From Hydrurus foetidus (lineage: Eukaryota), in assembly GCA_900617105.1 (NCBI GenBank), contig UYFQ01000001.1:2108001-2172000 (forward strand): DNA of 64,000 nucleotides, given 5' to 3'. The notes below the pieces were generated by a model. It saw only the letters and a program-made list of their open reading frames with translations, did no database searches and was not told the DNA's origin. Positions 42,339 through 51,218 of the stretch are shown here, piece after piece; within the stretch, counting starts at the first letter, position 1; each line of letters begins with the position of its first letter. The translations under genes and the position numbers were made by a program.

Positions 42339-43004
42339 ATGCCCAACAGAGACGCACCCACCACAAACCCACCCATTGCCGACTTGCGCAAAAGCTACGA
42401 GCTTGCCGAGTTGATTGAATCCGCCGCGCTTGCCGACCCGCTTAAACAATTTGAGTTGTGGCTAAACGAAGCCATTGCTGCCAACGTGCCCGAGCCTAAC
42501 GCGATGACGCTAGCCACCGTCGGCAGCGACTTGCGGCCGTCGACGCGCATTGTGTTGATCAAGGGGCTAGACGCACGCGGCCCGGTGTGGTTTACCAACT
42601 ACCAAAGCCGCAAGGGCATTGAAGTAGCCGGCAACCCGAATGCGGCGCTGCAGTTTCATTGGGTCGAGATGGAGCGAAGCGTGCGGATTGAAGGCGTAGT
42701 TGAAAAAATATCGCCGGAAGAAAGCGACGCGTACTATGCGTCTCGCCCAATCGGCTCGCGCATAGGTGCGTGGGCCAGCCCGCAAAGCGATGTGGTTGCC
42801 TCTAGAGCCGTACTGGAGGCGAACGAAGCAGAGTTTGCAGCCAAGTTCGGCAACAACCCGCCCCGCCCACCACACTGGGGCGGCTATCGCTTAAAACCCG
42901 ACAACTGGCAGTTTTGGCAGGGCCGCCCAAGCCGCTTGCACGACCGGCTGCGGTATACCTTGCAAAAAGATGGGAACTGGCTGCGGGAACGGCTGGCGCC
43001 TTGA
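42339..43004 (+). CDS. pdxH: Pyridoxamine 5'-phosphate oxidase
   Basis: [36 protein letters not shown]. Confidence 0.96.
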   Translation: MPNRDAPTTNPPIADLRKSYELAELIESAALADPLKQFELWLNEAIAANVPEPNAMTLATVGSDLRPSTRIVLIKGLDARGPVWFTNYQSRKGIEVAGNPNAALQFHWVEMERSVRIEGVVEKISPEESDAYYASRPIGSRIGAWASPQSDVVASRAVLEANEAEFAAKFGNNPPRPPHWGGYRLKPDNWQFWQGRPSRLHDRLRYTLQKDGNWLRERLAP

Positions 43005-43097
43005 CGTTGTACCAACTCGTGAACTTTTGAACCCAATGAGCCTTGCATATTCGTTACGGCGTGCGTGAAATGCAAGGATGTTTTGTGGAATTTTCGG

Positions 43098-43571
43098 TTA
43101 ACTACTGCGCGAGATTGGCTGATTACTCACAGCCTCAAGCGCGTCTCTTGATACCAAAATTGGTGCGATTTCAGCCAGCGGCACCAACACAAATGCCCGC
43201 TGCCACATGCGCGGGTGCGGCACAGTCAGGCGCGCTGAATTAATGCGTCCTTCACCATATAAAAGCAAATCTAAGTCCAGTGTGCGCGGCGCGTTGATGT
43301 AGGGCCGATCGCGGCCTGCAGCCGCTTCCAGCTGCTGCAAAAGTTGTAGCAGCGTGGGGGCAGGCAGCTGGGTTTCAATTTCAAGCACCGCATTGATGTA
43401 GTCGCCACCTGCATCATGCCCAAGCAAGGTTTCGAGTGGCGCAGTTTTGTACAGGCTGGATGTTTTTATCACGCTGCAAGTTGGCAAAGCATGAATAGCC
43501 GCGGCAGCTTGCTGAACAGTTTGCACTGCATCGCCCAAGTTTGCGCCCAAGGCGATATAGGCCGTCACCAT
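43098..43571 (-). CDS. folK: 6-hydroxymethyl-7,8-dihydropterin pyrophosphokinase
   Basis: YIALGANLG, PRTLDLDLL, PHPRM..RAFVLVPL. Confidence 0.95.
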   Translation of the reverse strand: MVTAYIALGANLGDAVQTVQQAAAAIHALPTCSVIKTSSLYKTAPLETLLGHDAGGDYINAVLEIETQLPAPTLLQLLQQLEAAAGRDRPYINAPRTLDLDLLLYGEGRINSARLTVPHPRMWQRAFVLVPLAEIAPILVSRDALEAVSNQPISRSS

Positions 43572-43583
43572 GCGCGTTAAGGC

Positions 43584-45176
43584 TCAGGCTTCGGGTGGCG
43601 GGCTGCTTTGCCCCGCTTCGCCGCGATTGGTGGGTTTGCGGCGACGGCGGCGTTTTCGGGCAGGGGCGTTTTGATCGAACTCGCCTTGCTCAGTGTTGGC
43701 GTCTGGTGCAGCATCTGTTGGCAATGCAAACCGCACATCAGGCTGGTTCACGTCGGCTTTTTTAACCCGAACCCGCGCTTGCTGCGGCTTTTGCAAGTTG
43801 GCCAGGCGAATGGTTTCAATCATGGCGTGGCGTTCGTCGTCATACGCTGTTGAAAACTTTTCCCACCACTCGGCGAGCTCCATGTCGACTTCACCGGTTT
43901 GCGCGCGCAGTCGTAAAAAATCGAAACCTGCGCGAAAGCGCGGTTGCTCCAGCATCGAATACGGAGACGAGCCAACCCGCTTTTCAAAGCGCGGCTGCAT
44001 CGTCCAGATCTCACGCATGTCGCCGCCCAGCTTGCCGCGGCCTGAAACGTCGCCAATTTTGGCGTTGAAGGCATCATCAATCGCGTCGTGCAGCGCGGGC
44101 ATGGTGTGCTCGCCGTGTTGCAGGCGTTGTTGCCAGCCGTCGCGCACATCGGCCCACAGCACACAAGACAGTAAAAAGCTCGGTGCCACTGGCTTGCCTT
44201 CGCCCACGCGGCGGTCGGTGTCCATCAACGCCAAATTTAGAAAGGGTTGATCAGCGTTTTCAACCACCACATCGAGCAGTGGGTAAATGCCTGTGAGGCC
44301 TAGCGCTTTGAGCTGCGCAATGCTGGCCAGCGCGTGGCCGGTTTGCAGCAGCTTGAGCATTTCGTCAAACAAGCGGGACTGCGGCACATCGGCCAGCAGC
44401 TTGACGCTGCTTTTCAGTGGCTGCGCGGTTTTGTCTTCAAACTCAAAACCCAGCACCTTGAGCTTGGCTGAAAAACGAACGGCGCGGATGATGCGCACCG
44501 GGTCTTCACGGTAACGCACGGCCGGGTTGCCAATCATGCGAATGATTTTTTTCTTCGCGTCTTTGATGCCGCTGTGGTAGTCGACCACCACCTGCGTTTC
44601 GGGGTCGTAGTACATGGCGTTGATGCTGAAGTCGCGCCGTGCAGCGTCTTCTTCCATGGGGCCCCACACGTTGTCGCGCAGCACGCGGCCTGAGCTGTCT
44701 ACTGCGTGCGTCATGCCGGCCAGCTCGCTTTTGCTGGTGCGCTCATTGCCGCCCACTTGTTCGGCCTGGCTGCTGTCTAAATAGGCGCGAAAGGTTGACA
44801 CTTCAATGACTTCATGCTCACGGCCCCGACCGTAAATGACGTGAACAATGCGAAAGCGCCGGCCTATGATGAAGGCTCGGCGGAACAGGCGTTTGACTTC
44901 TTCGGGCGTGGCGTCGGTGGCAACGTCAAAGTCTTTGGGTTTGAGGCCAACCAGCAGGTCGCGCACTGCACCGCCCACGATGTAGGCCTGAAAACCCGCG
45001 TCTTTTAGCGTTAGCACCACGTCCATGGCGCGCTCGTCAACCAGCTTGGGGTTGATGCCGTGGTCTTTGACCTGGATGTCGTTGCGCGTGCCGAAAGGGG
45101 ATTTTTTGACTGCTTTGGCGGCAGAACTCGCGCCATCACTTTTGCCGAACAGTTTGTCGATAAATTTTTTAATCAT
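43584..45176 (-). CDS. pcnB: Poly(A) polymerase I
   Basis: VGGAVRDLL, PKDFDVAT, IIGRRFRIVHV, RRDF, EDPVR, basic C-terminal tail. Confidence 0.95.
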   Translation of the reverse strand: MIKKFIDKLFGKSDGASSAAKAVKKSPFGTRNDIQVKDHGINPKLVDERAMDVVLTLKDAGFQAYIVGGAVRDLLVGLKPKDFDVATDATPEEVKRLFRRAFIIGRRFRIVHVIYGRGREHEVIEVSTFRAYLDSSQAEQVGGNERTSKSELAGMTHAVDSSGRVLRDNVWGPMEEDAARRDFSINAMYYDPETQVVVDYHSGIKDAKKKIIRMIGNPAVRYREDPVRIIRAVRFSAKLKVLGFEFEDKTAQPLKSSVKLLADVPQSRLFDEMLKLLQTGHALASIAQLKALGLTGIYPLLDVVVENADQPFLNLALMDTDRRVGEGKPVAPSFLLSCVLWADVRDGWQQRLQHGEHTMPALHDAIDDAFNAKIGDVSGRGKLGGDMREIWTMQPRFEKRVGSSPYSMLEQPRFRAGFDFLRLRAQTGEVDMELAEWWEKFSTAYDDERHAMIETIRLANLQKPQQARVRVKKADVNQPDVRFALPTDAAPDANTEQGEFDQNAPARKRRRRRKPTNRGEAGQSSPPPEA

Positions 45177-45245
45177 GAATTTGCAAAACTCCAGGAATCC
45201 ACGTGCCTAGCTGGCTGGCGGACTCTACTGATACCGATGAAAAGG

Positions 45246-45911
45246 TTAAAACAGGTCAAGTATGCGCCATTTGCGCTCAATAGCGAGCTTGCGCAGGCGT
45301 TCGTCCGGGTTGGTGGCGACGGCGTGGGTGACTTTCTCTAACAGCGGCAAGTCGTTCATGGAATCTGAATAAAACGTGGTTTCAACGTCTTGCCAGCCCA
45401 GCTTGCGCGCTGCCAGCCAGCTTTCAACGCGGGTGACTTTGCCTTCCCTAAACGATGGCGTGCCTGCAATCTCGCCGGTGTACTCGCCCTGCGCGTCTTT
45501 TGCCAAATCAATGGCGATCAGCTCGGCCACGCCAAACGCATCGGCGATGGGGCGGGTCACAAACCCGTTGGTGGCGGTGACAATCACTACAGCGTCACCT
45601 GCGGCCTGGTGTGCCTGAACGAGCTCCAATGCCTGTTTTTTTATGTCTTTTAGCACTCTGGCGCCGATAAATCGGGCGCGAGCAGCTATTGATTTGCTAG
45701 CGCCTTGCTCGCGTATCGCCTGCGTTGCAAACCGCACGTAGGCGTGGATGTCTAGCGTGCCCGCGCGGTACTGCGCAAAAAACGTTTCGTTGGCCTGGCG
45801 AAACTGCTCGCCGTCGCGCCAGCCGAGTGCAATCGTGAATTCGTTCCATTCAAAATCAGAATCAAACGGAATCAGCGTGTGGTCTAAATCAAATAACGCA
45901 ACTTTTTTCAT
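45246..45911 (-). CDS. HAD-IB family hydrolase
   Basis: LFDLDHTL, VTAT, YSDSMND, NPD. Confidence 0.9.
   Translation of the reverse strand: MKKVALFDLDHTLIPFDSDFEWNEFTIALGWRDGEQFRQANETFFAQYRAGTLDIHAYVRFATQAIREQGASKSIAARARFIGARVLKDIKKQALELVQAHQAAGDAVVIVTATNGFVTRPIADAFGVAELIAIDLAKDAQGEYTGEIAGTPSFREGKVTRVESWLAARKLGWQDVETTFYSDSMNDLPLLEKVTHAVATNPDERLRKLAIERKWRILDLF
45637..45701 (-). repeat. Family A element, intragenic (HAD)
   Basis: gcactctg gcgc cgataaatc gggcgcgagca gctattgatttgctagc. Confidence 0.88.
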
Positions 45912-46594
45912 TCACTGTCCAACATGGCTTTAAGTAGCGGCACGGTAACTGCCCGCTTGGTTTGCAGCGCGTATCCGTCGAGCTGGCTGAGCAGTTCCAT
46001 CAGGCTGCTCAAGTCGCGTGAAAATCTGCTCAGCATAAAGTCCATCACCTCGTCGCTTAAAAAAACCCCGCGTGCGTCAGCTTCTAATCGCAGCACCGCC
46101 CTGCGCTGCGCCTCGGTAAGCGGATGCAGCTCAAACACATGGCCCCAGCCCAAGCGGCTGCGCAAGTCGTCTCGCAACGCCAAATCAGCGGGCGGCAAAT
46201 TGCCCGCCGCTAACACGCAGCGCGGTTGCCCGTCGGCGCTGCTGGTGGCGTTAACAAACCAGTTAAACGCCGCTTGCTGCTGCACGGCGTTGTAGGCGTG
46301 GCATTCGTCTAGCACCACGGCTGACCAGGCTGAATTGAATTCAGGCGGCTCCAGCGTTAAGGCGTCCATCCAGCCGACTTTTGCCCCCAACTGCTGCAGC
46401 GCATGCACCGCCGCGTGCAGCAAGTGAGTTTTGCCGCTGCCGGTTTCACCCCACAAGTAGGTAGGCACTGGCGAGCGCAACGTGCTGCCCGCCCACAGCT
46501 CGAGGTGCTTGACAGCAGCTTCGTTTGGCCCCGCAAAAAAATTGGCAAATGTCGGGCTGGAGGCCAAGCCCACGTCCAGCGCAATTTGCTTCAT
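45908..46594 (-). CDS. hda: DnaA regulatory inactivator Hda
   Basis: MKQIAL clamp motif, GETGSGKTHLL, DLRSRL; conserved purM-AI-2E-hda context. Confidence 0.92.
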   Translation of the reverse strand: MKQIALDVGLASSPTFANFFAGPNEAAVKHLELWAGSTLRSPVPTYLWGETGSGKTHLLHAAVHALQQLGAKVGWMDALTLEPPEFNSAWSAVVLDECHAYNAVQQQAAFNWFVNATSSADGQPRCVLAAGNLPPADLALRDDLRSRLGWGHVFELHPLTEAQRRAVLRLEADARGVFLSDEVMDFMLSRFSRDLSSLMELLSQLDGYALQTKRAVTVPLLKAMLDSE

Positions 46595-46618
46595 GCGGGA
46601 ACGGCGCCGGTCATTTGC

Positions 46619-47692
46619 CTATGCGCCCTTGTAGAGCTTGCTGGCAAGGTACTGGCTTTTCACGCGGCGTATGGCCACCAGCAGCACGGCGCTGGCGGGC
46701 AGGGCAATCAGCACGCCCACAAAGCCAAACAATTGGCCGAAAGCCAACAACGCAAAAATAACGGCCAGCGGATGCAAGCCAATTCGCTCACCGACCATGC
46801 GGGGCGTGAGCACCAGGCTTTCTAAAACCTGCCCAATACCAAAAACTACCGCCACCATCACCAGCGCTTTAATTGATGCAAACTGCAACACCGCCGCGAG
46901 CAGGCCGAGCAGCATGCCAAGCCCAAACCCCACGTAGGGAATAAACATGGCAATTCCGGTGAATACGCCAATCGGCAGCGCCAAATCAAGCCCAAACAGG
47001 GCCATGCCAATGGAGTAAAACACCGCCATGATGAGCATGACCAGCAACTGCCCACGCAGATATTGGCCCAGCACCGAGTCGGCCTCGTCGGTAAAACTGT
47101 CAACGCCTTCACGCAACTGCGGCGGCACCAGCTCTAGCAGGCGTGCTACAAATTTGTCCCAGTCCATCAAAAGATAAAACAGCGCCACCGGGATCAACAC
47201 CGCGTTGCCCACAACTGCCAGTGCCACGCTGCCGCCCACCTGCAAAGACGACAAAACCGAACCAAACATTTCTTCGTAGTTGGCATTGAGGTACTTCAGC
47301 GCCAGCGTTTTCAAGCTGCCTACGTCAAGGGAAACCTTGATGCCAAATTGGGCGAGCCACGGCGTCAGCCCGGTAGTGATTCGCTCTGCAAGAAGCGGCA
47401 CTTGCTCGCGCATCAGGGGAAGCTCTTTGGCCACGATGGGAATAACCAGCAGCACCAAACCCAATGCCACCACGATAAACAACAGCTCGACCAGCAAAAC
47501 TGCCAGCACGCGGGGAACCCGCCCACGAAACAGGCTGTCGATTTTATTGACCAGCGGCGTCAGCGCATACGCCAGCACAGCGGCAACGATGAAAGGCGTC
47601 AGCACTGGCCCTAACAGCCACAGCGCCAAAATGCTAAGTGCTGCAATCAGGCACCAGGTCAAGGCGCGTTTTTGGGTTGACGTAAATTGCAT
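46619..47692 (-). CDS. AI-2E family transporter
   Basis: LTPF...LAYAL.P, YLRGQ, IPYVG, GLHP. Confidence 0.92.
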   Translation of the reverse strand: MQFTSTQKRALTWCLIAALSILALWLLGPVLTPFIVAAVLAYALTPLVNKIDSLFRGRVPRVLAVLLVELLFIVVALGLVLLVIPIVAKELPLMREQVPLLAERITTGLTPWLAQFGIKVSLDVGSLKTLALKYLNANYEEMFGSVLSSLQVGGSVALAVVGNAVLIPVALFYLLMDWDKFVARLLELVPPQLREGVDSFTDEADSVLGQYLRGQLLVMLIMAVFYSIGMALFGLDLALPIGVFTGIAMFIPYVGFGLGMLLGLLAAVLQFASIKALVMVAVVFGIGQVLESLVLTPRMVGERIGLHPLAVIFALLAFGQLFGFVGVLIALPASAVLLVAIRRVKSQYLASKLYKGA

Positions 47693-47823
47693 AGGTGTTG
47701 ACTTGATATTGAAGAGCGCGGCCAGCCAGGGGCTTGGCGCCACTACCCGAGCCTTTAGAATCTAGGGCTTGATTCTATCGGGCTTAACCCGTAGAACCCC
47801 ACTTCAGACCACCCACCCACACC

Positions 47824-48873
47824 ATGACCCAGCCCACACCCACTTCGCCCGCACCGCTTAGCTACAAAGACGCCGGAGTAGACATCGACGCGGGCGACGC
47901 GCTGATTGAACGCATCAAGCCGCTGGCCAAAAAAACCATGCGCGAAGGCGTGCTGGCAGGCATCGGCGGCTTTGGGGCGATGTTTGAAGTGTCTAAAAAA
48001 TTTAAAGAACCGGTACTGGTCAGCGGCACCGACGGCGTGGGCACCAAGCTCAAGCTGGCTTTTGAATGGCAAATGCACGACACGGTAGGCATTGACCTGG
48101 TCGCCATGAGCGTGAACGACGTGCTGGTTCAAGGCGCAGAGCCGCTGTTCTTTTTAGACTACTTTGCCTGCGGCAAGCTCGACATTGAAGTGGCAGCCGC
48201 AGTGGTCGGCGGCATTGCCAAAGGCTGCGAGTTAAGCGGCTGCGCGCTGATTGGCGGCGAAACCGCAGAAATGCCCGGCATGTACCCGGCAGGCGAGTAC
48301 GATTTGGCCGGGTTTTGCGTAGGTGCGGTTGAAAAGTCAAAAATACTGGAAGGCAAAGACGTGAAACCGGGCGACGTGGTGCTGGGCTTAGCATCAAGCG
48401 GTGTGCATTCCAACGGTTTTAGCCTGGTGCGCAAATGCATTGAACGTGCCGGCAGCAACTTACCTGTAACGCTAGACGGCAAACCTTTTAAGCTGGCGGT
48501 GATGGAACCGACGCGCCTGTACGTGAAAAGCGTGCTGGCAGCTTTGGCGGCGCACCCCATCAAAGCCCTGGCCCACATCACCGGCGGCGGCTTGCTGGAA
48601 AACATTCCCCGCGTGCTGCCTGAAGGCACGGCGGCGCACTTGGTCAAAGGTAGCTGGCCACAAACCGAGCTGTTTGCCTGGCTCCAAACCACGGCAGGAA
48701 TTGACGATGCGGAAATGAACCGAACGTTCAATAACGGCATCGGCATGGTTGTAGTCGTAGATGCGGCAAACGCCGAGGCGACTGCCAAAATGCTGCGCGA
48801 CTTGGGTCAAGCGGTTTACACAATCGGTGTGATTGGGGACAAGGGCGATGGGGCGAGCGTGGTGGTCAGCTGA
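47824..48873 (+). CDS. purM: Phosphoribosylformylglycinamidine cyclo-ligase
   Basis: [35 protein letters not shown]. Confidence 0.97.
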   Translation: MTQPTPTSPAPLSYKDAGVDIDAGDALIERIKPLAKKTMREGVLAGIGGFGAMFEVSKKFKEPVLVSGTDGVGTKLKLAFEWQMHDTVGIDLVAMSVNDVLVQGAEPLFFLDYFACGKLDIEVAAAVVGGIAKGCELSGCALIGGETAEMPGMYPAGEYDLAGFCVGAVEKSKILEGKDVKPGDVVLGLASSGVHSNGFSLVRKCIERAGSNLPVTLDGKPFKLAVMEPTRLYVKSVLAALAAHPIKALAHITGGGLLENIPRVLPEGTAAHLVKGSWPQTELFAWLQTTAGIDDAEMNRTFNNGIGMVVVVDAANAEATAKMLRDLGQAVYTIGVIGDKGDGASVVVS

Positions 48874-48885
48874 CGCAGGGCAAAG

Positions 48886-50100
48886 TTAGTTTGGGGTGAC
48901 TGCTCCTGAAACAACAATCGCCTGCTGCGGCCGAACGCGACGCGGCCCTGCCAGCGCACGCAGCAAAGGTCCCGGCAACAAAGCGCCCACCACTGCCGCA
49001 TAGTCTGCAAGCGTGCCGCGATCATTTAAAAACCGAATGACATGCCGCGAGTCTGCGCCTGCGAAAAGTGCCAAAAATAAATCGGGCGCCACCCTTGAAC
49101 ATGCGCGCACCACCTTGAGAAACAAGGCGTCCATCGCGCGCAGTATCAAACCATCAGGCGCATGACCCACTGGGGCCTCCCCGCTCACTATGGCCACGGA
49201 ACAAGCTGCAGCCCAGCGCTGGATACGCGCAAACGCATAACCCGAACTGGGCCGAGCGCCACCGGCGGTCACGCCAGCAAAAATGTAAGTAGGGTCACCG
49301 CCAGGGGTGACCGGCTTGGCCCCCATTGGCAACACACCATGCTCAGTACGCAGCACCGAATACGCTGCACCCGCAAGGCGCTGCGCCACTGCCTTGGCCT
49401 GCAGCTCAAAAAAAGCCTCTTTGTCCATCGGATCTGGCCCAAATACCGTGAACTCAACCAACGCCCGTTTTGACGACGTTGGCAACACATAAACGAACGC
49501 AACAGAGTCAGGAAATGACGTCAGTGCACCGCAATGTTCAGCTGCAGCAAAGTCCATCAAATCGCCACAGGTGGGGTCAAAAACATCAATTTCACATTCA
49601 ATTTCCTGTCCATAAAACGATTGCCACAATGAAGCCCCACCGCGCTCCGGGCTGGCCGCAGGTCGAGTATCCACAATGAAGCGCGACTGCAGCGTCCCCG
49701 CAGTGGTTTCAACCCGCCACTGGTCACCTTGTTTTTCGGGCGCATGCGCAATCGACGCGCCCATGATCAACTTGACCTGGGCGTTTTGCTCAATCATTTT
49801 TTGAGCATTTTGGTAAAACTGCCCCGCGTGCACCATTTGGTACGGACTTGCTACGCAGTCAACCGCGGTGCTTCCAGCGGACGTCGAAACCCGCATTGAC
49901 GACCATTCGTGCTGTGCCGAATGCAATGAGGGAGTTTGCGAATCTTTAAAAAAACACCAGGTCCGGTCGTGTGTGTAAACATCCCGGCGCTCTACCACCG
50001 CTATACGGGGACAGCTAGCGCCGAATGCGGCGAGCCGGGTTGCAAGGCTTAACCCGGCGCAACCGCCGCCCAGGATGATGAGATCAAAAAAGTCAGACAT
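48886..50100 (-). CDS. crtY: Lycopene beta-cyclase
   Basis: DLIILGGGCAGLSLA, DRTWCF, LMDF, FVYVLP...ALVEFT, E.GVLPM, RPSSGYAF; adjacent to a rhodopsin gene. Confidence 0.82.
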   Translation of the reverse strand: MSDFFDLIILGGGCAGLSLATRLAAFGASCPRIAVVERRDVYTHDRTWCFFKDSQTPSLHSAQHEWSSMRVSTSAGSTAVDCVASPYQMVHAGQFYQNAQKMIEQNAQVKLIMGASIAHAPEKQGDQWRVETTAGTLQSRFIVDTRPAASPERGGASLWQSFYGQEIECEIDVFDPTCGDLMDFAAAEHCGALTSFPDSVAFVYVLPTSSKRALVEFTVFGPDPMDKEAFFELQAKAVAQRLAGAAYSVLRTEHGVLPMGAKPVTPGGDPTYIFAGVTAGGARPSSGYAFARIQRWAAACSVAIVSGEAPVGHAPDGLILRAMDALFLKVVRACSRVAPDLFLALFAGADSRHVIRFLNDRGTLADYAAVVGALLPGPLLRALAGPRRVRPQQAIVVSGAVTPN

Positions 50101-50116
50101 GGTGCAAAAAATGTTG

Positions 50117-50169
50117 GCGTTTTACCGCTTGTAAAACGCAACTCTACGCCGCCGGGGGGCGACGTAGAG
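50117..50169 (-). terminator. Two hairpins between proteorhodopsin and crtY
   Basis: gcgttttac-cgctt-gtaaaacgc (9-bp stem, T-run shortly after on the minus strand) and ctctacg...cgtagag. Confidence 0.6.
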
Positions 50170-50191
50170 AGATAGATGCCTCTAGCGCAAC

Positions 50192-50992
50192 TTACTTTTT
50201 CGCGATGGCCGATTCCGACTCGCTCACGGCAACTGACCAAATGATCAAACCAAAGGCAACCTTGTTCAGCAAATCTGCTGCGTTGTAAATGATATTGAGC
50301 GCGTTGGCACTGGTCTCGGGGCCGCTGCCAGTCAGGTAACCGAAGAAGTAGCCCAATGGGTAAATTGCCCAGCCGATGGTGACAATCCAGCGCATGGTAT
50401 TGAATGCCGATTGAACTGCCGGTGGCGCGCTCTGTGCATTGATTTTTCCCGCTTGGCCGAAGAAAATTTCCCACAAAATATACGCCCAACCGGCCATGCC
50501 GATGATGAAGGCCGGCCAAACTGCCATGTATCCGGCTTCACCCAAATAACCGCCTACCAGCATGACCAGCGTACCCACCATCAAGCGCCAAAATACGCCA
50601 GCAGGGACTTTAGTGATGGCCGACAAAATCAGGTAGAACTCAATCATGAGCAACGGCACCGTGATCAGCCAGTCAATGTAACGAAACACGGTAGGTGTTG
50701 CCCCGGTAGCAACCCAGACATCACGCATGTAGAAATAGTGAACCGCAGCAACCAGCGTTACCAGGCCAGAAACCGTAAGTGAGGTCTTCCATTTGGCTGA
50801 CACTCTGTCGCGTTCAAGGAAAAAGAAGACTGTGGAAGCAACAAGCGCCATGGAAATAATCCAGAAGGATATTCCGACGAAGTCATTCTGGTTAAGAGCT
50901 TTGTCTGACGCCGCAAATGCCGGCTGAAACGCTATCGATGCGAGAAATGAGACGAAACTAAACCAGCCCACAAGAGACTTTATTTTTTGCAT
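50192..50992 (-). CDS. Proteorhodopsin (DTE motif, Leu105 green-type)
   Basis: WKTSLTVSGLVT, HYFYMRDVW, RYIDWLITVPLLMIEF, GWAIYP, YNAADLLNK. Confidence 0.95.
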   Translation of the reverse strand: MQKIKSLVGWFSFVSFLASIAFQPAFAASDKALNQNDFVGISFWIISMALVASTVFFFLERDRVSAKWKTSLTVSGLVTLVAAVHYFYMRDVWVATGATPTVFRYIDWLITVPLLMIEFYLILSAITKVPAGVFWRLMVGTLVMLVGGYLGEAGYMAVWPAFIIGMAGWAYILWEIFFGQAGKINAQSAPPAVQSAFNTMRWIVTIGWAIYPLGYFFGYLTGSGPETSANALNIIYNAADLLNKVAFGLIIWSVAVSESESAIAKK

Positions 50993-51218
50993 GACGCAAT
51001 CACCTATTTGAAACTACCAATAAATAAACACTAGCGCTCAAGCGCCAGAGCCAGCAGTGGTTTCAGTGATCAACGTCCAGACTAACCATTTGCAGCGGAA
51101 GTATTGCACTGTTGACTGCAAGACAAGCAGCCAACAGTAAACGCCTTAGCCCCCGCATGGTTGTTTTCCCGATGGTTTGGACGGAAGACGTTTGTGCTAG
51201 CCGCGCGCGACCGCACCA

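Noticed and set aside
50192..50992. Rhodopsin as a sodium/chloride pump or xanthorhodopsin
   Set aside because: The DTE motif and proteorhodopsin-type helices indicate a standard proton-pumping proteorhodopsin
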